A DNA stretch of 64,000 bases. Source: an uncultured Chloroflexia bacterium. Its GTDB lineage: Bacteria > Chloroflexota > Limnocylindria > Limnocylindrales > CSP1-4. Below the pieces are notes generated by a model. That model saw only the letters and a list, made by a program, of their open reading frames with translations. It did not search any database and was not told the origin of the DNA. The stretch is from positions 350,850-414,849 of the forward strand of contig CAWEJO010000004.1 of the NCBI GenBank assembly GCA_963809375.1, given 5' to 3'. The position numbers were made by a program, and so were the translations under genes. Position 1 is the first letter of the stretch. Each line of letters starts with the position of its first letter. Positions 8,759-19,430 of the stretch are shown here, piece by piece.

Positions 8759-10760
8759 GGCGACCGCGATCCCTGCGGCGCGGCCGTGCGGTTTCCCGGC
8801 CGCTGGCGGCTCCGATCCTGCCCGCGCTCCCCGCCGAGTCGGCCTCGGACCCGGCGCTGCGGGCCATCCGGGCTGGCCTGCGCCGCCACCGCGACAGGCT
8901 CTGGCTGCGGCGCGCCGCCCGGCGCTGGTGGCGGGTCGTCGCGTCCGTGGCGATCCTCGAGGCGGCCGTCCTGGCAGCCGCGCGGCTGGTCCCGATCGAG
9001 ATCCTGCCGCTGCTGATCGTCGCCATCCCGTTCGGCGGCCTCGCCGTGGCGCTCGTCGCGGGAGCCTTCGCACGACCGACGCTCGGGGCGACGGCCCTCG
9101 CCCTCGACGCCGAGGGCCGCCTGCGCGACCGCGTGGCGACCGCCGTGGCCTTCGCGGCCGCGCCGACGGAGGCGGGCGACGAAGCGCCGCCCGAGGCAGG
9201 CATGCTGGCCCGGTTCGTCCGGCGCCAGCGGGCCGACGCGGCATCCGCGATCGCGACCGTCGCTCCGGACCTCTTCCGGCCGTCGATCGCGCGGCTGCCG
9301 GGCATCGCGACGCTGGTGGCCGCCGCGCTGATCCTGCCGCTGGCCCTCCTGCCGAACGCCATGGACGCCACGATCGCGCGCGACCGCACCATCCGCGAGG
9401 AGGCGGCGCGCCAGGCCGACCGGGTCGAAGCGGTCGCCCGCGAGCTCGAGAAGAAGGGAACCTCGGCCAACGATCCGCGCACGCGCAGCGCGCAGGAGCT
9501 CCGCGACATCGCGAAGCAGCTGCGGGAGCGCTCGTCCGAGCTCGACAAGAACCTGGCCCGCATCGGCGACGCCGAGACCGCCCTGCGCGACCAGCTCGAT
9601 CCCGGCAACGAGCAGCGCGGCGCGGCGCTTGCCGCGCTGAGTCGCGGGCTCTCCCGGGCGGCGACGGGCAACCCGCAGGCGAATCCGGGCGGCGACCCGA
9701 AGACGGCACGCACCGACCTCGAGTCGCTGGCGAACGGGCTCGACAGCAAGTCGAACGCAGACCTGCAGAAGCTTGCCGGCGACCTCTCCGCCCTCCAGCC
9801 GGTCGCGCAGCAGGCGGGTGCGGGGGCCGACGCGGCACTCCGGGCCGCGGCCGATGCGCTCGCCCGAGGGGACCGCCCGGCGGCCGCGGATGCGCTTCGG
9901 CGGCTCGGCGAGACACTCGACAACGCCGATACCGAGGTGCAGACGAACCGCGACCTGGCGGGGGCGGCGGCCCAGCTCCAGGACGCGCGCCGACAGCTCG
10001 CCGACGCCGGGCGGCAGGGTGAAGCCTCGGGGCAGCAGGGCCAGCAGGGCAACGGGCAGCAGGGCTCCGGCCAGCAGGGCTACGGCCAGCAGGGCAACGG
10101 TCAGGCGGGCGCCTCGGGCCAGCCGGGCAACGGCCAGGCGGGCGCCTCGGGCCAGCCGGGCGCCTCGGGCCAGCCGGGCAACGGCCAGGCGGGCGCCTCG
10201 GGCCAGCCGGGCGCCTCGGGTCAGGGCCAGGGGCAGGGCCAGGGCCAGGGCCAGGGCCAGGGGCAGGGCCAGGGCCAGGGGCAGGGCCAGGGGCAAGGCC
10301 AGGGCCAGGGGCAAGGCCAGGGCCAGGGGCAAGGCCAGGGGCAAGGCCAGGGCCAGGGGCAAGGCCAGGGGCAAGGTGCCGGCCTCGGCGGCGGCACGAG
10401 CGCTCGCTACCTGGGCAACCGGACCGGCGGCACCACCAGTCTCGGCCAGCCCACCAACCCCACCAAGCCGTGGACCGTCGGCGCAGACCAGGGCTCGGTC
10501 TTCGCACCCTTCGACCGCGTCGGCAAGCCGGGCGACCCGACCTACATCGCCGGCAGCGGCGGCAACGGCGGGCAGCTCAACCCGGGCTCCACGACCGGCC
10601 AGGGACAGCAGAACCAGGGCATCGTGCCGTACACGAACGTGTTCGCCGACTTCCTCCGGTACGCCCAGGCCAGCCTCGACCGCAGCTACGTCCCGCTCGC
10701 CGTCAAGGACTACGTCCGCGACTACTTCAGCGCGCTCGACCCGACCCAGGAGGCCAAGTG

Positions 10761-10761
<1 letters not shown>
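8755..10761 (+). CDS. membrane-anchored coiled-coil protein with Gln/Gly-rich repeats, (GQ)n tract and conserved C-terminal domain
   Basis: The GTG overlaps the permease stop (GTGA). Three predicted TM segments are followed by a long heptad-like region (EAARQADRVEAVARELEKK...LRDIAKQLRERSSELDKNL...). The low-complexity run GQQGQQGNGQQGSGQQGYGQQGNGQAGASGQP... precedes ~28 GQ dipeptides encoded by (GGCCAG)n. The C-terminal block ends ...YVPLAVKDYVRDYFSALDPTQEAK, and its stop overlaps the moxR start. Confidence 0.5.
10081..10218. repeat. tandem 33/36-bp repeats (GGCAACGGCCAGGCGGGCGCCTCGGGCCAGCCG units) encoding GNGQAGASGQPGASGQP
   Basis: Near-identical units are directly visible between 10081 and 10218, inside the CDS 8755..10761. 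Confidence 0.7.
10219..10380. repeat. hexanucleotide microsatellite (GGCCAG/GGGCAG/GGCCAA)x~27 encoding (Gly-Gln)n
   Basis: An uninterrupted run of GGNCAR hexamers is visible at 10219-10380, inside the CDS 8755..10761. Confidence 0.85.
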
Positions 10762-11765
<1,004 letters not shown>

Positions 11766-11779
11766 CCGGGTCGCAACGC

Positions 11780-12859
11780 GTGGAGCAGGCGAACCGGCCC
11801 GACGCCCCGGCCAGCGCGGCGGCGACGCCGCGCGCGCTCGGAGGCCCCGCAGCCCCCGGTCGACCCGGCGGGGCGAACGCCGGATCGAGCGCCGGATCGA
11901 GCGCCGGATCGAGCGTCGGATCGACACCTGCGACGCCGGGTCGCGAGGGCACACGGGCCGCCTTCCTGCCCTCCGACGTCGACCCGACCGTCTTCGACGA
12001 AGCGTTCCTGCGGAGCCTCGAACGCCTCGTGGTCCTCGTGAAGCGGCCGGTCCGGGGTGGCCTCAAGGGTGGCCGGCGGAGCGTCAAGCGCGGCCAGTCC
12101 GTGGAGTTCGCCGACTACCGCGACTACTCGCTCGGGGACGACCTGCGCCAGCTCGACTGGAACATCTACGCGCGCCTCGAGAAGCTGTTCGTCAAGCTCT
12201 TCATCGAGGAGGAGGACCTGACCGTCACGTTCCTCCTCGACGCATCCGCTTCGATGGCGCACGGCACGCCCGACAAGCTCGTGTTCGCCAAGCGGGCGGC
12301 CGCGGCGCTCGGCTACATCGCCCTCGCGTCCGAGGACCGGGTGACCGTCGCCACGCTCTCGGGGCGGGTCGCCCGGCGGCGCTCGGCGCTGCGGGGATCA
12401 GGCCGCGCGTTCCGCCTCCTGGCGGACCTCTCGGCGATCGAGACGACGCCCGGCCCGACCGACCTCGTGGCGGCCTGCCGGCATGCGGCGGCGCAGCTCC
12501 ACGGGCGCGGCGTCCTCGTGCTCGTGAGCGACCTCCTGGATCCAGCCGCCGACCGCGCGATGCGCGACCTTGCCGGCACCGGCGCCGAGGTCATCGTGCT
12601 CCACGTGCTGGCGCCGGACGAGGTCGAGCCGGACCTCGTCGGCGACCTGCGCCTCGTGGACGCCGAGACGGGGGCGAACGTCGACGTGACCCTCGACCTT
12701 GCGGCCCGCGACCGCTACACCGAACGCGTGCGGGCGTGGCGTGAGGAGCTGGCGGCCCTCGCCGCGCGACGACGGATCGCGTACGTGCCGCTCACCTCGG
12801 ACGTCCCGCTCGCCGACCTCGTCTTCGCCGAGCTCCGGCGCCGGCAGGTCGTCGGGTAG
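11780..12859 (+). CDS. DUF58-domain protein (MoxR-associated, VWA-like)
   Basis: Intact ORF with the DUF58 core GQSVEFADYRDYSLGDDLRQLDWNIYARLEKLFVKLFIEEEDLTVTFLLDASASM, immediately downstream of moxR. Confidence 0.8.
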   Translation: MEQANRPDAPASAAATPRALGGPAAPGRPGGANAGSSAGSSAGSSVGSTPATPGREGTRAAFLPSDVDPTVFDEAFLRSLERLVVLVKRPVRGGLKGGRRSVKRGQSVEFADYRDYSLGDDLRQLDWNIYARLEKLFVKLFIEEEDLTVTFLLDASASMAHGTPDKLVFAKRAAAALGYIALASEDRVTVATLSGRVARRRSALRGSGRAFRLLADLSAIETTPGPTDLVAACRHAAAQLHGRGVLVLVSDLLDPAADRAMRDLAGTGAEVIVLHVLAPDEVEPDLVGDLRLVDAETGANVDVTLDLAARDRYTERVRAWREELAALAARRRIAYVPLTSDVPLADLVFAELRRRQVVG

Positions 12860-12867
12860 GGGCAGCC

Positions 12868-15010
12868 ATGTCGTTCATCGCGCCGCTCGGGCTGCTCGGA
12901 CTGGCGTTCCTGCCGGTCATCGTCGCCTTCTGGATGCTCAAGCTGCGCCGAACGGAGCGCATCGTCGGGTCGACCGTCCTGTGGAAGCGGTTCGGCGAGG
13001 ACCGCGAGGCGAACCAGCCGTGGCAGCGGCTGCGGCGCTCCCTCCTGCTCCTGCTCCAGCTGCTCCTCGTCGTCGTCCTGGCGCTGCTCGTGGCGCGCCC
13101 GTTCGCCGAGCGCCCGGCCGGCCTCGCCAAGGACGTCGTGCTCGTGATCGACGCGTCCGCGAGCATGGCGGCGACCGACGTGGCGCCGTCGCGGCTCGAG
13201 GCCGCCAAGGCGGGGGCGCTCGAGAGGCTGCGCGACCTGCCGGCCGGCGGCCGGGTCAGCGTGGTGGAAGCCGGCGCCGTGCCGCGGGTCGTGGTCAACG
13301 CCACCAGCGACCTCGGGCGGGTCCGGGCGGCAGTCGCCGCCGTGCGGGCCGCGCCCGCGGTCGGGGACATGCCCGCGGCCCTGCGGCTTGCCTCGGGCCT
13401 GGCGTCGCGCTCGGCGGACGCCCAGGTGATCGTGGCGACCGACGCGGCGTTCACCCTGCCCGCGGATCTGCGGGTCGCGGCGCCCGTGTCGGTGGTGGCG
13501 GTCGGCCGCGACCGCCGCAACGTGGCGATCGTGGCGCTCGCGGTGCGCGCCTCGCCGTCGTCGGTCACCCGCTCGGTCTTCGCGTCGGTGGCCAACCTCG
13601 GCGCCGAGATCGCCGCCGTCCGCCTCGAGGTCTACGGCGACGGCAACCTGCTCGAGGCCCGCCAGCTCTCGATCGATCCCGTGACGCGGGCCGACGTGGG
13701 CATCGACGACGTTCCCGCCAACGTCCGGACGATCGAGGTGCGCGTGGTGGGCGGCGACCTGCTGGCCTTCGACGACCGCGCCTGGGCCATCGTGCCGGAC
13801 CAGCGCGCCATCAACGTGCTGCTCGTCTCGGACGGCGACCCGTATCTCGAGACCGCCCTCCAGCTCCTGCCCGGGATCCAGCCCTTCGAGGTCGGCAAGC
13901 AGGGCCTCGCCGCCGCGCTCGCGGAGCGGAGCTACGACGTCCTGATCCTCGACGGCTCGCTCCCGGCGACGCTGCCGCGGATCCCGACGCTGGCGATCGC
14001 GCCGCCGGCCACGAGCGCCCTCGGCACGCTGACGGGCGCACTGACGAACCCGGCGCTCGGCACCCCGAGCCCCGACGAGCCCCTCCTGCGCTACGTGGAC
14101 CTCACCACGCTTCATGTCGCCGCGGCTCAGCGGCTGACGCTTCCCGACTGGGCCCGGACGGTCCTGCCCGGCGCGGCCGGCGACCCGCTTCTCTACGCCG
14201 GCGAGCGCGACGGCATCGCGACCGCCGTCCTCGCGTTCGAGCCGCGACGCTCCGACCTGCCGCTGCAGGTCGCCTTCCCGGTGCTCGTCTCGAACCTCAT
14301 CGGCGCGCTCGCCGGCGCCGCCGAGGCGCCCGAAACGGCGCTGGCCCCGGGATCCCTGGTGACGCTGCCCATCCCGGCCGGCGCCACCGGCCTGCGGGTG
14401 ACGAGGCCCGACGGCACGGCCGTCGAGCTCGTGCCGTCGGTCCCGGGCGGGCTCAGCGCGACCTATGCCGCAACCGACCAGCTCGGGGTCTATGCCGTGG
14501 AGCCGGTCGGCGTGGCAGCATCGCCGGCGCCAAGTGCCGCGACCCCATCGCCGACCCTGAGCGCCGCGACGCCGACGTCCGGCGCGTCGCCGGGCGCCTC
14601 GGCCGGCGCCTCCGCGAGCGTGAACCCGGCGGCGACCGGCCCGACCAGGTTCGCGGTGGACCTCTTCGACGTCGGCGAATTCGACGATCACGCCGGGCGT
14701 CCCGGAGCTGCTGACCGCGGTCGGCGGGCGGGCCGGCGAGGGCGCCGGTCCCGACGCCTCGCCAGGGGCCTCGCCGAACGCTTCTCCCGGTACCTCGCCG
14801 GGCGCATCGCCCGTGACGGCCGGCAGCCCGCCGGAGCGCGCGCCGGCCCGCGACGAGGTCTGGCCGATCGTCGCGGCGATCGCGCTCGTCCTCCTGCTCG
14901 TCGAGATGCTCGTCGCCGAGCGCGACGCATTCGTCCGCCTGCGCCGCTGGCTCGGCGCGCGGGTCGGCCGCCGCCCGAGGCCCGGGACGCCCGTCCGGAG
15001 GGGCACCTGA
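12868..15010 (+). CDS. BatA-type VWA protein (BatA_N double-TM N-terminus, VWA domain, long extension, C-terminal TM); one frame interruption near 14685
   Basis: The N-terminus MSFIAPLGLLGLAFLPVIVAFWMLKLRRTERIVGSTVLWKRF matches the BatA_N/two_anch signature. The VWA MIDAS-like motif VVLVIDASASMAA is present. After ...FDVGEF the protein continues in the +1 frame (STITPGVPELL...WPIVAAIALVLLLVEMLV...) to the TGA at 15010. Confidence 0.6.
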
Positions 15011-18000
15011 TGCCCCTCTCGTTCGCGACGCCCGCCCTCCTGCTGCTCCTGCCGGTCCTGCTCGCGCTCGTCGTTGGCATCCACCTCCTGGCCCGGGGCG
15101 GCTTCGGGGAGGCGCGCTACCGGATCGCGCTCGTGGTTCGCGGCGTCATCATCGGCGCGCTGCTCTTCGCCCTCGCCGGCGCCGCGGTCACGCTCCCGAC
15201 GGACCGCCTGGCAACCGTCTTCGTGGTCGACCTCTCCGATTCGGTCGGCAACGCCGGGCGCCAGCAGGCGCTCGCGTTCGTCCGCGACGCGCTGGCGGCA
15301 CGCCCCCAAGGTGATCTCGCGGGCGTCGTCGCGTTCGGGCGGGATGCCCTCGTCGAGCGCCTGCCCGACGAGCTCGCGGCGATCGACCGGATCGCGTCCA
15401 CGCCGGTCAGGACCGCGACAGACGTCGGCGCCGCGCTCCGGCTCGCCGCCGCGCTCTTCCCGGACGATGCCCAGAAGCGCATCGTGCTGCTCTCGGACGG
15501 GAACGACACCACGGGCTCCGGGCAGGTCGAGGCCGCTCGCGCGGGAGCGCGCGGCGTGACCGTGGACACGCTCCCGATCGGCCTCGGGGGCGCCGACGAG
15601 GTCCTCGTGGAGCGGCTCGGCGTCCCGTCGACCGCCCGCCTCGGCGAGGCGCTCTCGCTGGTCGCGGACATCCGCTCGACGGTCGAACAGCCGGCCACGG
15701 TCCGCCTGTTCGCCGACGGCGGCCTCGTCGACACCACGTCCGTCCAGCTCCCCGCGGGCGTCACCCAGGTCGCCTTCGAGCAGACGCCGGCCGAAGCCGG
15801 GTTCCACCGCTACCGGGTCGTGGTCGAGGCCGGCCGCGACACGTTCGCCCAGAACAACCGTGCCGACGGCGACAGCCTGGTCAGCGGACCGCCGCGCGTG
15901 CTGGTGGTGGCGCCCGAGGGCGACCTCGCTGCCGACCTTGTGACCGCCCTCCGATCGCGCGAGGGGAGCGTGGTCCAGATGCTGCCCGAGCAGGTCCCGC
16001 CGGACGTCGCCTCGCTCATCGGGTTCGACAGCACGGTCCTGGTCAACGTCCCCCGGGCGCGTTTGACCGACAAGCAGCTCGAGGCGATCCGGACGGCGGT
16101 CCGCGACTATGGCAAGGGCCTGGTCATGATCGGCGGCGACGAGAGCTTCGGCGCGGGCGGCTACCGCGACACGCCGATCGAGGCGGCGCTCCCGGTCGAG
16201 ATGCAGGTCCGGAGCAAGCAGAAGCAGCCCGACATCGCGCTCGTGGTCGTGATCGACGAGTCGGGCTCGATGGCGGCCTGCCACTGCAACTCGTTCGACC
16301 GGAGCATGGCCGGCAATCGCCAGCTCGCGGGCGTCCAGAAGGTCGACATCGGCAAGGAGGCGATCCTGCGGGCGGCCGCCGCGATGACCTCGCGCGACGA
16401 GCTCGGCGTGGTGGCCTTCAACGAGGCTGCCCACTGGGTCGTCCACACCGAGCCGCTGGGGGCCGTGACGGACCTCCAGGGCAACCTGTCGGGGATCCGG
16501 GCCGACGGCCAGACGAACATCATGGCGGGCCTCGACGAGGCCGTGAAGTCGCTCGAGCAGACGACCGCCACCCGGCGCCACCTGATCCTGCTGACCGACG
16601 GCTGGTCCACCTCGGGCCAGTACGACGCGATCCTGGCCCGCATGAAGGCCGCCGGAATCACCCTCTCGACAGTCGGCGCCGGCGGGGCGCCAACCCCTTC
16701 CTGCAGCAGCTCGCGGCGCAGGGCGGGGGCCGCTTCTACCCGGCGACCGACCCGTCGACGATCCCGGACATCTTCCTCAAGGAGACGCAGCAGGTCGCGG
16801 GGCAGCAGATCATCGAGGAGAGCTTCTTCCCGACGCTCACCGGCTCGTCGCCGATCATGCGCGGGCTCGACGCCGGGCTGCCGTCGCTGCAGGGCTACGA
16901 CGGGACGACGATCAAGCCGGCCGCCCAGCAGGTGCTCGCCTCGGCGCGGGCCGACCCGGTCCTCGCGCAGTGGCAGTACGGCCTCGGGCGGGCGGTCGCC
17001 TGGACGTCCGACGCCACGGCGCGCTGGGCCCGCAACTGGGTCGGCTGGCCCGGGTTCACGCGGTTCTTCGGCCAGCTCGTGAGCTGGACCTTCCCGGGCG
17101 AGGAATCCGGCGGGATCGAGGCCCGGTTCGTCACGGGCCCAGCCGGCACCACGCTGCGGGTGGAGAGCGTCGGCCCCGACGGATCGCCGCGGGACTTCTA
17201 CTCGACGTCGGTGACGGTGGTCGACCCGGCGCTCGACGAATTGAAGCTGGAGCTCTCCCAGGTCGCGCCCGGCGTCTACGAGGCGCCGATGGGCGAGCTG
17301 ACGTCGGGCGCCTACGCGCTGCGGGTGACGCAGACACGGTCCGGGGCGGCGGCGGTCGGCCGGACGCTCGGCCTGGTGGCGCCGACGCCGGCCGAGTATC
17401 GGCTGCTGGGCACGAACGTGCCACTCCTCGCCGCGATCCGCGCGGCGACCGGGGGCGGCGGTCACGGCGCCGGTCGACGCCTGGCGCCACGACCTGGGCT
17501 CGACGACGCGCGAGACGCCGCTCTGGCCATGGCTCCTCGCCCTCGCGCTCCTCCTCTGGCCGCTCGACGTTTTCCTGCGCCGCGTCGCGATCGGGCGCCG
17601 CGACGTGACCGCAGGGGCGCGCTGGGTGCGGGCGATTCCGGCACGACGTGGGCGCGTCGCGGTCCGCGAGGCGGGCGCAGAGGCGATGCTCGCGGCGCGC
17701 GGACGGGCGGGCTCGAGCGGCGCGCGCAGCGCGCTGGCGACGGCCCGCGAGTCGACGGCCGTGGCAGGATCTGCGGCTGCGGCAGGCTCGGGGGCCACTC
17801 CCGCGCAGACGGCGGCGCCCGGCGACGTGACGCGCACGGCAGCCAGCACCCCTCCGCCGGCCGCTTCCCCGAAGACGGCAGCGCCCGGCGGCGTTGCGAG
17901 CTCGACGGGCGCTGCGGCAACTCCCCCGCCCGGCGCGGCGCCCGGTGGCGTGGCGGGCCCGGCGGCCACCACTCCCCGCCGGCTGGCGCCGCCGGCCCTC

Positions 18001-18149
18001 GTCCGTCGGCAGCTGCCCCGCCGCCGACTGCCGCCACGACCCCGCCAACCGCAGCGGTGACGAAGCCTCCCGCTCCGGCGCCCGCCAGCGGCAGCCCCGA
18101 CGACACCCTCGCCCGCCTCCGCGAAGCGCGCCGCCGCGCCAAGCGATAG
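15010..18149 (+). CDS. large double-VWA membrane protein (BatB-like), at least two frame interruptions (~16690, ~17455)
   Basis: The ATG overlaps the upstream TGA (TGATG). The N-terminal double TM (MPLSFATPALLLLLPVLLALVV...IIGALLFALAGAAV) is followed by VWA#1 VFVVDLSDSVGN and VWA#2 IALVVVIDESGSMAA. The downstream protein-like sequence continues in a second frame (ANPFLQQLAAQGGGRFYP...) and a third (TPLWPWLLALALLLWPLDVFLRR C-terminal TM). The 3' end (18060 vs 18149) is uncertain. Confidence 0.5.
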
Positions 18150-18159
18150 GTGCCCGGGC

Positions 18160-19355
18160 GGCCAAGCGCCGGTTGAGACTGTCCGAGGATCGGAGGCGAC
18201 GTCCGGAGGTGTCGAAGGGCTGCGACTCGCCGAGTAGCCCCGCCAGCGCGCGGAGCTTGCGCATCCAGGCGGGGTGTTCGCGCTCGAGCGATACGAGAGC
18301 GGCCAATGCGTCGGCGCGCCGGCCGGGAGGGTCGAGCCGGGCGAGGAGGACGAGGGCTTCTCCGAGCTCACTTGGCGCCGCGGCCGCGTCTCCGGCGAGC
18401 GACAGGGCTCGTCCCCACGTTTCCTCGTCCTCGTCCGCGAGGTGCCCGAGGCTGCGGGCGGCGGCGGCGCGAGTCCACCCGTCCTCGTGCCCCATCGTCA
18501 CCCGTAGCGCGTCGCGGATCTCTGGGTCGCCGGTCCAGCCGCCGAGCACGGTGGCCGCCCACCGCCGCGCGTAGACGCGCCGCGAGGCGAGATCGGTCAA
18601 CAGCTTGGTGCGCTGCTTCGCCGTCCGTCGAACACGAGGTCGGGGCGTGATCGCGTCGTCGCGGATCGGGCCTCTCGTCTCGATGTGAACGCCGGGCGGC
18701 AGCGCCGCGATGAGTTCCGCGAGCTCCTGGTCGCGCAGCGCCTCCCGCGGGTCCGGGCGTCGCGGCCTGGCGAGTGCCGCGACGATCCGCGCCCGGACAT
18801 CCGCTGCGCCGGCGGCGTCTGCCAGCGCGAGGAGCTCTTCGGCGTGTCCGGGCGCGAGGTTCTCGAGGGGCTCGAAATGCGCCAGGTGTCGGTCGAGGAC
18901 CGCCCGGGCACCGGTGTCCCCGATCGCCGCGATGGCCGCCGGTAGCCCCGTCCGGATCAGCTCAGCGAGTTGCTCCTGGCCGGCCGGGTTGTCGGCATCA
19001 AAGAGGTGCCACTGCTCGCCGCCTGTTGGCCACAGGGCGAGGCTCGGTGAGCCCATCGTGATGTCGTGGACGCCCGGTGGACGGCTCCTGCCGGGCATCC
19101 AGGCCGGCCGCGTGGCGGGAACGGACACGCCGACGCCGATCCTGAACCTGACCTGCGGGTCGTCCTGAGCCTCCTGCGCCTCGAACGGGTCGAGGTGCCG
19201 CCGCTCGAGCGCGAAGACCACCCAGTTGTCACCCTGGCGCCGCCGGAAGACGGGGCCGTAGCCGTCAGGCCTTCGGCGCGCGCGATCGGGGCCACCGATT
19301 TCCGCATCCACGCGGTGAAGGCGTCCGAGCCCCTTCCCGCCATGTGCCCTCCCAA
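18160..19355 (-). CDS. hypothetical protein with HEAT/PBS-lyase-like repeats; frame interrupted near the N-terminus; 3' end uncertain
   Basis: From ATG 19355 the minus-strand translation reads MAGRGSDAFTAWMRKSVAPIARAEGL. After a 1-nt frame change the protein-like sequence continues: GPVFRRRQGDNWVVFALERRHLDPFEAQ...GDPEIRDALRVTMGHEDGWTRAAAARSLGHLADEDEE...LGEALVLLARLDPPGRRADALAAL. The repeated xxRxxAAxxLGxL units resemble HEAT-like repeats. No stop is visible before it overlaps the convergent VWA gene, so the end is approximate. Confidence 0.3.
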
Positions 19356-19430
19356 GACTCTTCGGAGAATGACACGCGCATACCGCCCGGCGCTTCGATC
19401 CTGTCATAGGTACGGTATCCGCGACCGGCT

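Noticed and set aside
10081-10380. A possible CRISPR array, considered because of the regular short repeats
   Set aside because: The units are 6-36 bp tandem copies with no unique spacers, they lie inside a coding sequence, and no cas genes are present. They are microsatellite or tandem coding repeats.
6803-10507. Very long minus-strand ORFs opposite real genes (1234 aa at 6803..10507, 780 aa at 8032..10374, 1288 aa at 12715..16581, 736 aa at 16161..18371, 1567 aa at 17131..21834 and 1088 aa at 45739..49005)
   Set aside because: These are Arg/Pro/Gly/Ala-rich low-complexity translations typical of antisense shadow ORFs in ~72% GC DNA. Each overlaps a plus-strand gene with clear family motifs. 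Only the segments listed as features contain protein-like sequence.
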